Part shown: positions 19,271-27,914 of the stretch, in pieces
Layout of the letters: the number at the start of each line of letters is the position of its first letter
How positions within the stretch are numbered: position 1 is the first letter of the stretch
UHGV virus genome: UHGV-0151410
Source: a virus
Strand: one strand, 5' to 3'
Length of the DNA stretch: 31,092 bases
Translations under genes and position numbers: made by a program
The notes under the pieces: model-generated
What the model was told of the DNA's origin: nothing
Databases searched by the model: none
What the model saw: only the letters and a program-made list of their open reading frames with translations

Positions 19271-19762
19271 TTATTCCGCCCAGTTGTAAACAATGCGCAG
19301 GGAAGGTTTAACGACCGCCGTTACGTCTTCGGATGAGAAGTCCACGGCGTCGGAATACACTTTGCAATGAGAATATGTGCGGATCAGACCTTTATGGTTA
19401 CCGCTATTCGATTCAGCCGCCGCCTGTAAGGTAATTTCCAGATATTCTTTTCCGTATACCATCTGTTTTACAGCGGCGAGAACTGCGCCTTCGATAGTTT
19501 CCGCGCATGTGACCTGAAATTCACCAGAGTTGCGTAATGGTCCGTGCTGGTTGAATTTCATGCCACCAGGGGCGTAATCCTCCACATCTTCACGTGTCAT
19601 TTCTGGTAACTGAGCTGTACGAACTAGTACAGACAGATGTTCGTAACCCTTAATGGTCATCCAATATTCAGAACCAATAAGTTTTTCGCCTGCAGCCAGG
19701 TTTTTATTAAACCGGGATTTTAGAAAGGCCATATCGGCTTTTGTATTTGCAAAACCGGACAT
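19271..19762 (-). CDS. Putative contractile tail tube protein
   Basis: 163 aa (typical tube size), downstream of the sheath gene, followed by a hairpin; C-terminal ...YNWAE resembles the ...YWE end of gp19-type tube proteins. Weak, by-eye similarity. Confidence 0.5.
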   Translation of the reverse strand: MSGFANTKADMAFLKSRFNKNLAAGEKLIGSEYWMTIKGYEHLSVLVRTAQLPEMTREDVEDYAPGGMKFNQHGPLRNSGEFQVTCAETIEGAVLAAVKQMVYGKEYLEITLQAAAESNSGNHKGLIRTYSHCKVYSDAVDFSSEDVTAVVKPSLRIVYNWAE

Positions 19763-19770
19763 AAATACTC

Positions 19771-20361
19771 CTACACAAAAACAGATGAGATATTGCTACG
19801 GTTGATCGATGTGTTACCGCTGCATTGCAGGGTTACCGTGTTATGAGTGAAATAGCCTTCCGGTGTGCGCGGGGCGTCCAGTTGGTAACTCACGCTTTTG
19901 ATAACAACGTCGGTAAGGGCTATGTTCCTACCTATGTTTAACGTTACTGTCTCCGGGCGACGACCGAATGGCGCTACATTGTTCAGTTCCGGCGATTCCA
20001 TCTTCAGCAATGCTGTAATGGCTGCGTTCACTTCAAGTTGCGCGTTCGTTGTCGCCATGAAATCAATTACCAGATTAAATTCAGGCGGTTGCTGACCTTC
20101 CCAAACAAGCATTGAGTTGAAGAGGGTTTTTGTTGTTACGCCGGTTGCGGTCTGAAGCGTATCTGCAAGAGAGCCAGCCGCAGCGCTAATACCGCCAAGC
20201 AAACCTCCTACTGACTGGTTTTCAAATGGTGATTGCCACATTGATGACAGTTCTGCGGTAGATCCTTCACCGATATAACCGACGACCATATCCTCTGAAG
20301 AGAGGATATAAACCTTCATTAACGGACTTATTCCGTCAGGCATTATCGCGCCGCAAATCAA
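19771..20361 (-). CDS. Hypothetical tail-module protein (probable start at internal Met, MKVYILSS...)
   Basis: 196 aa ORF between the sheath and tube-like genes. Confidence 0.5.
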   Translation of the reverse strand: MICGAIMPDGISPLMKVYILSSEDMVVGYIGEGSTAELSSMWQSPFENQSVGGLLGGISAAAGSLADTLQTATGVTTKTLFNSMLVWEGQQPPEFNLVIDFMATTNAQLEVNAAITALLKMESPELNNVAPFGRRPETVTLNIGRNIALTDVVIKSVSYQLDAPRTPEGYFTHNTVTLQCSGNTSINRSNISSVFV

Positions 20362-20410
20362 ACGCTATTTCTCCCAGGTAGAGGCCACCTTTGCAGGCGA
20401 CCTATGTCAC

Positions 20411-21151
20411 TTACAAACCGCGTTTTTTGCGAATGCGCATTGATTTTTTGCGGTTGATATTCGCTACGGATGTATGTGCTTTGCGGCGTGCTTTTTTCAG
20501 CGCCTGTTTTTGCAATGACGTCATGCGGCGAGGACGCGGGCGTTTACGGATGATGGTAACCTTGCCATCACGAACCACTTTTTTACGTACCGCTTCCAGC
20601 ATTGCGCTATCACCACCAGCAACGGTGTAAATGGCAATAGCTGTTTCCATCATGTCGGTGTCGCTTTCGGAAAGAGCGTCATAAACACGTTCGGCAGCTG
20701 AGTCATCTTCATCGTCGATCATTTCGGTTACATCGTCCTGATCAGCGCCAAGCGCAACAGCTGCATCAGCAAGAGCTGCGAGAGCATCGTTATAAGCATC
20801 GATTTGCTCATCGGTGAAATCGGTGTCTTCATCGATATCAGCCAGGCCAGCCATAGTGATTGCTAATGCATCAAATGAGTCAGCCTCCGGATCACCATCT
20901 TCAACCCAACCAGCAAGCATGGAAGCTGCCAGGCTGCGCATATCACCTTGTGCACGGGATTCAACCGCTTCCATCATCGCGGTTTCAATGTCGTCTTTGG
21001 GCTTTGGTTGAGTGTCCTTTCCTTTCTGTCCTGCGCTTTCCAGCATGGCGTTATCATTATTGTCCTGCGTGGATTTATCACCGCTTTCAAAGCAGCCAGA
21101 ACCGAAAATCGCACGCATAAAAGGATCAGCAGTATAATTTTTCATATTCAA
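20411..21151 (-). CDS. Acidic protein with a strongly basic C-terminal tail (candidate scaffold-like or internal virion protein)
   Basis: 246 aa; Asp/Glu-rich body (DEDTDFTDEQIDAY..., MIDDEDDSAAE) and C-terminus RKRPRPRRMTSLQKQALKKARRKAHTSVANINRKKSMRIRKKRGL. Confidence 0.5.
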   Translation of the reverse strand: MNMKNYTADPFMRAIFGSGCFESGDKSTQDNNDNAMLESAGQKGKDTQPKPKDDIETAMMEAVESRAQGDMRSLAASMLAGWVEDGDPEADSFDALAITMAGLADIDEDTDFTDEQIDAYNDALAALADAAVALGADQDDVTEMIDDEDDSAAERVYDALSESDTDMMETAIAIYTVAGGDSAMLEAVRKKVVRDGKVTIIRKRPRPRRMTSLQKQALKKARRKAHTSVANINRKKSMRIRKKRGL

Positions 21152-21159
21152 ACCTCTCT

Positions 21160-21181
21160 CCCCCGCATCATTTAGCGGGGG
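21160..21181. other. GC-rich intergenic stem-loop (CCCCCGC...GCGGGGG) after the sheath gene
   Basis: 7-bp G/C stem between the sheath stop and the next gene's SD/ATG. Confidence 0.35.
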
Positions 21182-21188
21182 TTATAAA

Positions 21189-22847
21189 TCAGCGCATCAG
21201 AATTGGCTTACCGACGATTCGGCGAGCTGTGCCGGTCGGACAAACAGACCAGGACACTTCCCACAGATCGATGTCCTTTTGGACAACCTGAACAACATAT
21301 GGATCTTCACCCTGGGACTTGTCTCGTGGAGTAACCAGCGCACCGGCTGCAACGTAACGGTCAAGCAATTCAGTCATTGCTTTCATTAGCGTTTCTTTGG
21401 TAATGCCATCCGGTTCGTGCTTAATCGCCTGAGCTACTTCATAGAAATCTCTGGCGATGGCGTTCATCAAGGAAGACACATGCTGGAATCGCAGATAGTT
21501 GTTTTTGCTGTAAGTTGTTAAAGAGTCGTCAATGTAAACGGACCCGTCAGCAGCAACTGAAACTGGATTAATGCGCGCAAGAACGAACGCTTCACGATCA
21601 ACTGCACCGATATTTGGAATTCGGGCAATGTTCTGTCGATCAATAATCGCGCGTGATATACCTGCCGGTGCGTAATGCCAACCACCAACATCCGGTACCA
21701 GCGCCACTCCTTTTGCCTTCGCTACGAATGCGTCGCAGCTAATGCCATAGACGACATTCATTCCAGTGAAAGTATCTCGGCAGGAGAGCGGGAAGTAGTA
21801 ACGGCTTGGTTGATGTGAGCCGCCAAAACTATGGCTTTTCGCTTCTGAAATAGCGTTTTCAGGTGTCTGGTTGCCCTTCAGGTCATAGAACATGTCTACG
21901 CGAACATCTTCAGCCAGCTTTTTGATTGCGGCTAAGGCGGATGCGTCATAACAACCCAATGACAGCAATGCGGTGTAATTAACCTCTGAAGCTTCGAGAA
22001 CCTTTAATGCTTCCAGATAGTCTGCAGCGTTAATTTCGGACAGATTTCCATCAGTACCACCTTCAAAAGCTACATCCTCAAAAATGAGTTGAGCAGCGGA
22101 TGCTTCTGCATTATCTGCCAGTACGGCACCAATGCGAGTGGACTGGCTTTCAAGCAGTGTCGGAATCCATGCTGGTTGGCCCATGTCGTTGGTGCCTTCT
22201 GGATTGAAAGACACTTGGTGGCTTTCCAGCACCTCAATGGACCCATCGGTTTGTTTTTCTTTCAGCGTCAGCGTAAAGAGTTCGCTTTCTTCATCATCGC
22301 GAGTTAGTGATAACGTGCGATTTTGAGATGCATCACCATCTTTGATGAAGAATAATGCCTTCTCTTCACCTTTAATCTGGGGCGTCTCTTTGGGTGTGAA
22401 GGTCACTGATTGAGTCGTTGCAGTTGAAGCAACACCAACGCTTAATGTGACACCTGGATTTACTGTGGTTTCAGTTGGTTCAACGGAAAGTTCTTTACTC
22501 GCCTTTGCCGCTTTTGCTCTGCCCACAACGGAAACAGAAATACCCGGCACCTTCATGTCTTTAGCGCAAACTCGAACGACATATCCAGAGCCGCCTTTTA
22601 CTGCACGCTCCACGTGGCGATATGGTTCAAATGCCGCGCCCTGGCGAGGGTGAATCGGTGAACCTAATACGCTTTGATAAGTCGTATCGTCAACTTTCAG
22701 TACCTTACCCGGTGCGCCACGACGCGATATTACAAGCCCAGCAAAGACGGATGCGCCACCGCTGGTATTGGTGAGGGTAGCGTCAGCATTTACTGACATT
22801 ACAGCAACGCCAGCTGCCTGCCCTACCGAAAAACTAATCTTATTCAT
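21189..22847 (-). CDS. Contractile tail sheath protein
   Basis: 552 aa; C-terminal region (W.YAPAGISRAII...INPVSVAADGSVYIDDSLTTYSK.NYLRFQHVSSLMNAIARDF) parallels the conserved C-terminal domain of T4 gp18-type sheaths (WMSPAGYNRGQILNV...INPVTGTGGDGYVLYGDKTA...RINVRRLFNMLK). Confidence 0.8.
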   Translation of the reverse strand: MNKISFSVGQAAGVAVMSVNADATLTNTSGGASVFAGLVISRRGAPGKVLKVDDTTYQSVLGSPIHPRQGAAFEPYRHVERAVKGGSGYVVRVCAKDMKVPGISVSVVGRAKAAKASKELSVEPTETTVNPGVTLSVGVASTATTQSVTFTPKETPQIKGEEKALFFIKDGDASQNRTLSLTRDDEESELFTLTLKEKQTDGSIEVLESHQVSFNPEGTNDMGQPAWIPTLLESQSTRIGAVLADNAEASAAQLIFEDVAFEGGTDGNLSEINAADYLEALKVLEASEVNYTALLSLGCYDASALAAIKKLAEDVRVDMFYDLKGNQTPENAISEAKSHSFGGSHQPSRYYFPLSCRDTFTGMNVVYGISCDAFVAKAKGVALVPDVGGWHYAPAGISRAIIDRQNIARIPNIGAVDREAFVLARINPVSVAADGSVYIDDSLTTYSKNNYLRFQHVSSLMNAIARDFYEVAQAIKHEPDGITKETLMKAMTELLDRYVAAGALVTPRDKSQGEDPYVVQVVQKDIDLWEVSWSVCPTGTARRIVGKPILMR

Positions 22848-22914
22848 GCTGGTTCTTATCCTCTAAAGCGAGAGAACGAGGCAAGGCTACCCACGGTTAA
22901 TGGGCAGCCTCTGA

Positions 22915-23193
22915 TCAGGATTCGCTTACCGTGAAGTTATCGCCTACGGTTACTTCTTTCGTAGTTGGTTCAACACTGACGGTGCTTACGCTTTTATGTG
23001 CCTCCCTAACAGTGACTGTGCACTGTGCGGTTTTATTGCCGTCATTTGTTTTGATTGTCAGCACTGCCTGCCCGGCCTTAAGAGCGGTACATGTAGTGCC
23101 ATCAACCTGGACAATTTCAGGGTGATCTGACTCAACAGTGAAAGATTTGTCTGTTGCGTCAGATGGCGTGATAGTTACTTGAATGTTTGCCAT
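22915..23193 (-). CDS. Bacterial Ig-like (Big_2-type) domain protein, candidate capsid or tail decoration
   Basis: 92 aa with a beta-rich Ig-like pattern (ATDKSFTVESDHPEIVQVDGTTCTALKAGQAVLTIKTNDGNKTAQCTVTV); AGGAG SD upstream; lies in the -1 frame relative to the capsid gene. Confidence 0.65.
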   Translation of the reverse strand: MANIQVTITPSDATDKSFTVESDHPEIVQVDGTTCTALKAGQAVLTIKTNDGNKTAQCTVTVREAHKSVSTVSVEPTTKEVTVGDNFTVSES

Positions 23194-23205
23194 TTTTTCT
23201 CCTGA

Positions 23206-23226
23206 ACGCCCCTTAATCAGGGGCGT
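23206..23226. other. Stem-loop ACGCCCC-TTAATCA-GGGGCGT between the capsid stop and the Ig-like ORF start
   Basis: 7-bp G/C stem; T-runs on both sides on the + strand. Confidence 0.45.
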
Positions 23227-23339
23227 GTTTTTGCCTTACTTCTGCTTTGTTTTTTTCTGTGCCTTTGAAGTGTTCACGGCGATAGTTTCACCTTCATCTA
23301 CGTCAAGTGACGTTGGTGATACCGACACGTTCGCCACCA

Positions 23340-25037
23340 TCACTTTTTTTCGTTAACCTTGCCTGTCAGCATGTCGATAGCACCTTCTTTGGCGCGAGTC
23401 AGACGCAGGCGGGTGAAGTAGTTTTCACCGTTGCGAGGATGTACTTCGTTGATGGCACTGCCCCAGAGAGTGGTACGGTTAACGAGAGACGGATTGGTTT
23501 CGTGCACGTAAGGGATTGCTGGGACTGCATCACCAGCAATCAGACCGGCTTTACCGATGCCTTCGCCACGCCCATAGAAGAAGATGTCATCCAGCCCGAA
23601 GTCATATCCCTGTGCCTGGAATTGCTCACAGACAGGTTGCGGCACTTCGTAAATACGAATCGTGCCAAACAGGGTGCCGATGTACTGTACATACGGCGAC
23701 TGAACGTAACCTGGTGCGATCTGGAAGTGCTGTGGAGGCAGAGAGCGCAGGAAGTTCGCGGCGTCACTACCAGCAAAGCCGCCACGAATACCCGTTGTCA
23801 GGGTACGATTTGCCATTTCTTGAGACAGAGCGTTTACTACGTGACGCAGGAGGCCGACCCAGGACTCATAGTTTTGAGCTTCCGGCAGAGCCACATCAAA
23901 TTCACGACCATAAACGGTATGGAATACCAGGGTGCGCAGACGCATGATGTCGGTTTCATGGGAGATCCAGTTACGCATCGCGGAGAACTGAAGTGCCGCT
24001 AATTCAAGGCCGTGCTCACGGCTTAAATCGGATGCGGACATTACCGTGTGTTCGGAAGCAAGTACGTACTGGGACGGACGAACTTCGTACTTACGCATAG
24101 CCTGGTTGATCACCGGAATCAGGCTTGGATTGCGCTCGATGTTAATTTCGACCTGAACAGCAATTTCAGTACCTTCTGGCGGAGCCTGGGTAAATGTAAT
24201 GTCAATGACACCAGTGTCATAGGCAACTTTGGCAGTCGCTGAGAAAGCATTACCTTTGCTGTCTTTAGCATTGAAATAAAGGTTGCCATCGCCGTCGTCA
24301 ACTTTGGACGGTTTGCGGTTGATCAGCAGTTTGTTATAACCAGCGCGAAGCGGGCAGGATTGTCCCTCAAAATTTTGGATGTTGAACTGGAAGGTTTTGG
24401 TGCTGCCATCCCCTTTAGTGGAAAGGGCATACAGGCGCTTCATTTGAGAATAAACACCAGCTGACTGCATATTCAGTTCGTCACCTTGGTTGAAGGTGCC
24501 GAATTTTGTGCCTGCTACGTTGACCAGTTCATAAATATTTGACTCGTCACGATCACAAGGAACAAAAGTACAGGCATCACTGGTAGCAGCGCCCAGAGAG
24601 GCAGGTAGAATTAGAGCAGCATATTGAGCAACTTTCATTACGCCGTCAGAGCTACGCATTGATTGCGCGACAGACTCAAACATTGCCTTACCCGTGCCTT
24701 CATGGGTATCACTGGCACATTCAGTCATCAGGCGCTCAAGAGCCATGTGTGCGTTCGCCAGGATGTCACTTGCCGGGTAATGACCATGTTGACGTTTATA
24801 CTCATGCAGAGACATAGCCCACCCACCAGTGATCTGACGAGCGACCTCTGGATTTACGCCTTCAAACATAGGCACTTTCTGGATTGCTTTATCCAGGTTT
24901 TCCATCATTACTGCCTGGTCAGCAATCATGTTGCCTGCTGCATCGGTGGTCGGATCGACGGTCATAGCCATGACGCTTGCCGCCCGATTCATAATCTCGC
25001 GCTCGCGATCACGAGCTGGCTGAATGTTTTTATTCAC
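23340..25037 (-). CDS. Probable major capsid protein precursor (HK97-like, with N-terminal delta/scaffold-like region), P1 gp23-like by size
   Basis: 565 aa; helical charged N-terminus (DREREIMNRAASVMAM...); followed by a hairpin and an Ig-like ORF; first gene of the minus-strand capsid-sheath-tube series. Assignment by context and size, not by a diagnostic motif. Confidence 0.55.
   Translation of the reverse strand: MNKNIQPARDREREIMNRAASVMAMTVDPTTDAAGNMIADQAVMMENLDKAIQKVPMFEGVNPEVARQITGGWAMSLHEYKRQHGHYPASDILANAHMALERLMTECASDTHEGTGKAMFESVAQSMRSSDGVMKVAQYAALILPASLGAATSDACTFVPCDRDESNIYELVNVAGTKFGTFNQGDELNMQSAGVYSQMKRLYALSTKGDGSTKTFQFNIQNFEGQSCPLRAGYNKLLINRKPSKVDDGDGNLYFNAKDSKGNAFSATAKVAYDTGVIDITFTQAPPEGTEIAVQVEINIERNPSLIPVINQAMRKYEVRPSQYVLASEHTVMSASDLSREHGLELAALQFSAMRNWISHETDIMRLRTLVFHTVYGREFDVALPEAQNYESWVGLLRHVVNALSQEMANRTLTTGIRGGFAGSDAANFLRSLPPQHFQIAPGYVQSPYVQYIGTLFGTIRIYEVPQPVCEQFQAQGYDFGLDDIFFYGRGEGIGKAGLIAGDAVPAIPYVHETNPSLVNRTTLWGSAINEVHPRNGENYFTRLRLTRAKEGAIDMLTGKVNEKK
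23343..23349 (-). other. Candidate -1 programmed frameshift heptamer A_AAA_AAG overlapping the capsid stop codon
   Basis: Minus-strand ...GAA AAA AAG TGA. The -1 frame is open for 35 codons (VMVANVSVSPTSLDVDEGETIAVNTSKAQKKTKQK), then one TAA, then continues in the same frame into the Ig-like ORF. Confidence 0.4.
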
Positions 25038-25195
25038 GGTTAAGCCCTAAATTCGGGCGCGGCGTGAAGGTTCTTTTGACGGGCTAACAATACCTACTTT
25101 GTGATTTAGTCAATAGGTTTAGTAAAATAAAATCTATTAACACTCATGTTGTTATGTGATTTAATTTTAGTTTTCTAACACAAATCATTAGAGTT

Positions 25196-25588
25196 ATGGC
25201 GTATCGAATCTTTGTTTCGTATAAAAATGGCGCTAAGAGCCACTCTCTGAACACAACAAGTCGCTTTCTTGTTGAGGCGCAGTTGGCATCAATTCTTGCC
25301 GAAAGTGAGATACTCTCGCTCGCTGAACGGATCGTTATCCAGTTTTCTGGTAGAGATATACTCAATGTCCCCGCCCTCACCCCGGCATCCGAAGTTATGG
25401 AATCAATTAAATGGCCTGTATGCGGATGTCCTGCCAGGGTTGAAGAGCCGGTAACTGCAACGCTCTACATGCCGAAAGCTGTAAGAGATTGGCTTGCTAT
25501 GGTTGGCAATGGGAAAGTCAGTGCTGGACTTCGCAAGTTAATTGAAATGGCAGATATTCCTGAGTTAAAAAATGCATGGCGACAATGA
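25196..25588 (+). CDS. Hypothetical protein with C-terminal ribbon-helix-helix-like segment (candidate regulator or antitoxin); first gene of a two-gene cassette
   Basis: 130 aa; C-terminal TATLYMPKAVRDWLAMVGNGKVSAGLRKLIEMA fits a beta-strand/helix/G-x-S turn/helix RHH pattern. Opposite strand to all flanking late genes; AT-rich upstream region. Confidence 0.55.
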   Translation: MAYRIFVSYKNGAKSHSLNTTSRFLVEAQLASILAESEILSLAERIVIQFSGRDILNVPALTPASEVMESIKWPVCGCPARVEEPVTATLYMPKAVRDWLAMVGNGKVSAGLRKLIEMADIPELKNAWRQ

Positions 25589-25604
25589 GTAAACAAGGGA
25601 CAAA

Positions 25605-26063
25605 ATGAGTCACGTTAACCCATCAAAAACACAATATCGCTTAATGCTGGCGATCGCGTCAGCTATACCAACCAGCCTGAATCCCCCGACAGGCTATCCC
25701 GCTGTTGTTGATGATTGTTTTCAGTATTACGGAGAAGACATCCTGAGCCAGTCAAAAGCGCTCAAGCAGTTATGTAAGGCTGGTATTCTTCACTGTATCG
25801 GAGATCCGGACGATTTTGTTGTTATGCTGGCGGATCGTGACTCTTTTCTACTGTCCTGGAAAGCTGGTGCGCGCGAAGCACGTTTGGGGAATGGTATTGG
25901 TTACATAGACTATAGCGATTGTCCGCTGGCATTTGCTGGTGGATATATGCATTGGCATGAGCGAAATAGGGGCCGTCAGCGTCAGTATCGTTTGAGTGAC
26001 TTTAACGTCTGTCACGGTTTCGAAGAAGCTGACAGCCAGGACATCTGGCTTCAGGAGCCTTGA
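25605..26063 (+). CDS. Hypothetical Cys/His-containing protein, second gene of the cassette
   Basis: 152 aa; AAGGGA SD 16 bp after the upstream gene; 3' end overlaps the convergent spanin-like ORF by 13 bp. Confidence 0.55.
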   Translation: MSHVNPSKTQYRLMLAIASAIPTSLNPPTGYPAVVDDCFQYYGEDILSQSKALKQLCKAGILHCIGDPDDFVVMLADRDSFLLSWKAGAREARLGNGIGYIDYSDCPLAFAGGYMHWHERNRGRQRQYRLSDFNVCHGFEEADSQDIWLQEP

Positions 26064-26383
26064 TCCCCCTTCCCTTCCCAAATCTCCCTGTTTCTTTGGT
26101 TATTCAGTGCGTTTCGTTGGTTGCATTCGTCGATCGTGCTGAATAACTGTTCAGCGTATGTCGGATACTTGTTTAACAGCACTGGCGTGTCTTCTGGCAC
26201 TAAACAAGGGGAGTAATCAATCAGATTTGCCTGCGGCCTGCTGGTGGCTTCTACGGTAATTTTCACTGGCACGCTGGTTGATGGCTTTTGCCCGTTCCCG
26301 CTGCATCCTGATAACGTCATCAGGCACACGCACATCGTTAATCCCAGCACGGCGTAACGCATTTTCAAGGCGAGTGATTTCAT
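26051..26383 (-). CDS. Outer-membrane spanin-like lipoprotein (Rz1-like, overlapped architecture)
   Basis: Signal peptide with lipobox LSGC (…MRYAVLGLTMCVCLMTLSGCSGNG…); starts inside the Rz-like gene in another frame and extends past its stop. Probable start is an internal Met (about 26362). Confidence 0.5.
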   Translation of the reverse strand: MKSLALKMRYAVLGLTMCVCLMTLSGCSGNGQKPSTSVPVKITVEATSRPQANLIDYSPCLVPEDTPVLLNKYPTYAEQLFSTIDECNQRNALNNQRNREIWEGKGDQGS

Positions 26384-26702
26384 TCTGGCTTTCCTCCCGT
26401 TGTTTGATTAGGTTGGCATTCAGTTCTGCTGTTTTGCGCTGGTACTCCTTTTCCAGTGCTTTAATTCTTTCGTTTTCGGTCAGCATGGCTGAGCGAGCGT
26501 TCTCACTTAACTGTAATGCGGTAGAAAGTGTGTTGTTCGTGCTTTCCAGTTGTGATTTTGAGTCTTCAAGCGATCGGACATACCTGATGTGTTCGATAAC
26601 TGCCGTCGTTGTTCGGTAAAATCCAGAAATGGCTAAAAGCGCAATTACAATCAAAATTATCTTTTTCAAAACCATCCTCTTCAGGTTCATTTTTGGTGTC
26701 AA
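26217..26702 (-). CDS. Inner-membrane spanin-like protein (Rz-like): N-terminal TMD plus coiled coil
   Basis: 161 aa; N-terminal hydrophobic segment KKIILIVIALLAISGFY followed by a long charged helical region (ENERIKALEKEYQRKTAELNANLIKQREESQNEITRLENALRRA). Confidence 0.55.
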   Translation of the reverse strand: MTPKMNLKRMVLKKIILIVIALLAISGFYRTTTAVIEHIRYVRSLEDSKSQLESTNNTLSTALQLSENARSAMLTENERIKALEKEYQRKTAELNANLIKQREESQNEITRLENALRRAGINDVRVPDDVIRMQRERAKAINQRASENYRRSHQQAAGKSD

Positions 26703-26745
26703 ACATGTACCAATTCACATCCTTTTGTGTTCCTAAGTGGTGTTG

Positions 26746-27549
26746 CTATTGTTCCTTTTTGGTGTTCTTTTGGAGCGCATCGATAACGCCTTGTGGCATG
26801 ATTAAACTGATTGCCGGACTCATTACTGCATCATCCAGTAGAGAACCAGTTAACGTGATGGCGACAGCGTTCTCTAAACCTTTGGTTGCCTGAGTGGTTG
26901 ACGTTTTAATGCGACCTGTAAGGGCTACGACACTCTCACTTGCTGAGTTAATTTCGGAGAGTAAAACTTCGGCGGCTGTCACTGCTTCCCGTAAAGCATC
27001 AATTTCATCCTGAGTAATGACTGGAGCCTGAGCGCCCCCAGCACCACCCTGTCCACCATTGCTATAACCACCAGCACTTCCAGCAGCTTCTATTTTTGCG
27101 TTAATGGCGTTCATGGCGGTTTTCAGAGCATCAAGTTTTAGCGCCGTCAATGCGTCCGTTAGAGATTGCGGAATGGAAACATTCCCCATCCCCTCAACAA
27201 GGGCGAAAGCAGGTATGGGGGTCAGCTCGTTACCTTTTACGTAGCATTCCCAGCCAATCTTCATCTGTAACAGCTCTGATGGCTTGGTGTATGGGGAAAG
27301 AGAATCAGCCAGTAATGAAGACGCTTTGCTGGCCTCATTGAGCTGTTCAGAAAAGCCAAGCAATTGAGTAGTCCAGGCCGAAACAGAATCAGGATAGGTT
27401 TTATCGGCGTGAACTATTCCCTGTATGGCGCTGGCGAGCGATGAGGCTTTTACAGAAGCTGCCCGGCTTATGGTTATAGATTCTGGTGTAGAGATACCGG
27501 CATCTGACAGAATTTTGAAGGCTTTAACTTCACCTATTGAATCAAGCAT
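26746..27549 (-). CDS. Hypothetical baseplate/spike-associated protein (start at Met overlapping the PAAR gene stop)
   Basis: ATG at 27547..27549 overlaps the TAA of the upstream PAAR-like gene by 1 nt; Gly-rich stretch GGYSNGGQGGAGGAQAP. The track's longer ORF (to 27648) runs inside the PAAR gene. Confidence 0.5.
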   Translation of the reverse strand: MLDSIGEVKAFKILSDAGISTPESITISRAASVKASSLASAIQGIVHADKTYPDSVSAWTTQLLGFSEQLNEASKASSLLADSLSPYTKPSELLQMKIGWECYVKGNELTPIPAFALVEGMGNVSIPQSLTDALTALKLDALKTAMNAINAKIEAAGSAGGYSNGGQGGAGGAQAPVITQDEIDALREAVTAAEVLLSEINSASESVVALTGRIKTSTTQATKGLENAVAITLTGSLLDDAVMSPAISLIMPQGVIDALQKNTKKEQ

Positions 27550-27833
27550 TATGCAACCTGAAAAATATCCTCGCCGTTGGCGATAACAGAACCACAAGAA
27601 AGCGGATCGCCCACACAGACAACTCCCTTTCCACCTATCGAAAACCATACTCGCGTCGATACAGCTGCCCCTGGATGTGCACTGTTACCGTCAGTGTGAC
27701 TGGGAAACATGGCACCATCTACAACAATTGGCTTACCGTTAACGGTGAACCAGGGAACAGTTTCAGCTACCAGTCGCGGCGGAAATCCTCCGTGACCAGA
27801 ACAAAGGGTGTCGCTGGTGGCTATTGCGCTCAT
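27549..27833 (-). CDS. PAAR-like repeat protein (baseplate central spike tip)
   Basis: 94 aa with PAAR-type pattern: CSGHGG..., ...NGKPIVVDGAMFPSH..., ...HPGAAVSTRVWF..., ...VGDPLSCGSVIANG.... Confidence 0.7.
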   Translation of the reverse strand: MSAIATSDTLCSGHGGFPPRLVAETVPWFTVNGKPIVVDGAMFPSHTDGNSAHPGAAVSTRVWFSIGGKGVVCVGDPLSCGSVIANGEDIFQVA

Positions 27834-27914
27834 TCTTCACCTCCTGGTTATCCTCCTATTGTCATCACTTTGTTATTTCGTCATTCAAACTGAGAGTTAA
27901 ATTTCGGAATATTT

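Noticed and set aside
23307-24242. Plus-strand ORFs overlapping the capsid gene (23307..24002, 23516..23947, 24048..24242)
   Set aside because: Antisense to a 565-aa ORF with clear structural-gene context; Arg/His-rich translations typical of antisense frames.
26746-27648. Longer 300-aa version of the ORF downstream of the PAAR gene
   Set aside because: The first 33 codons run inside the PAAR gene in another frame; the Met at 27547..27549 overlapping the PAAR stop is the more plausible start.
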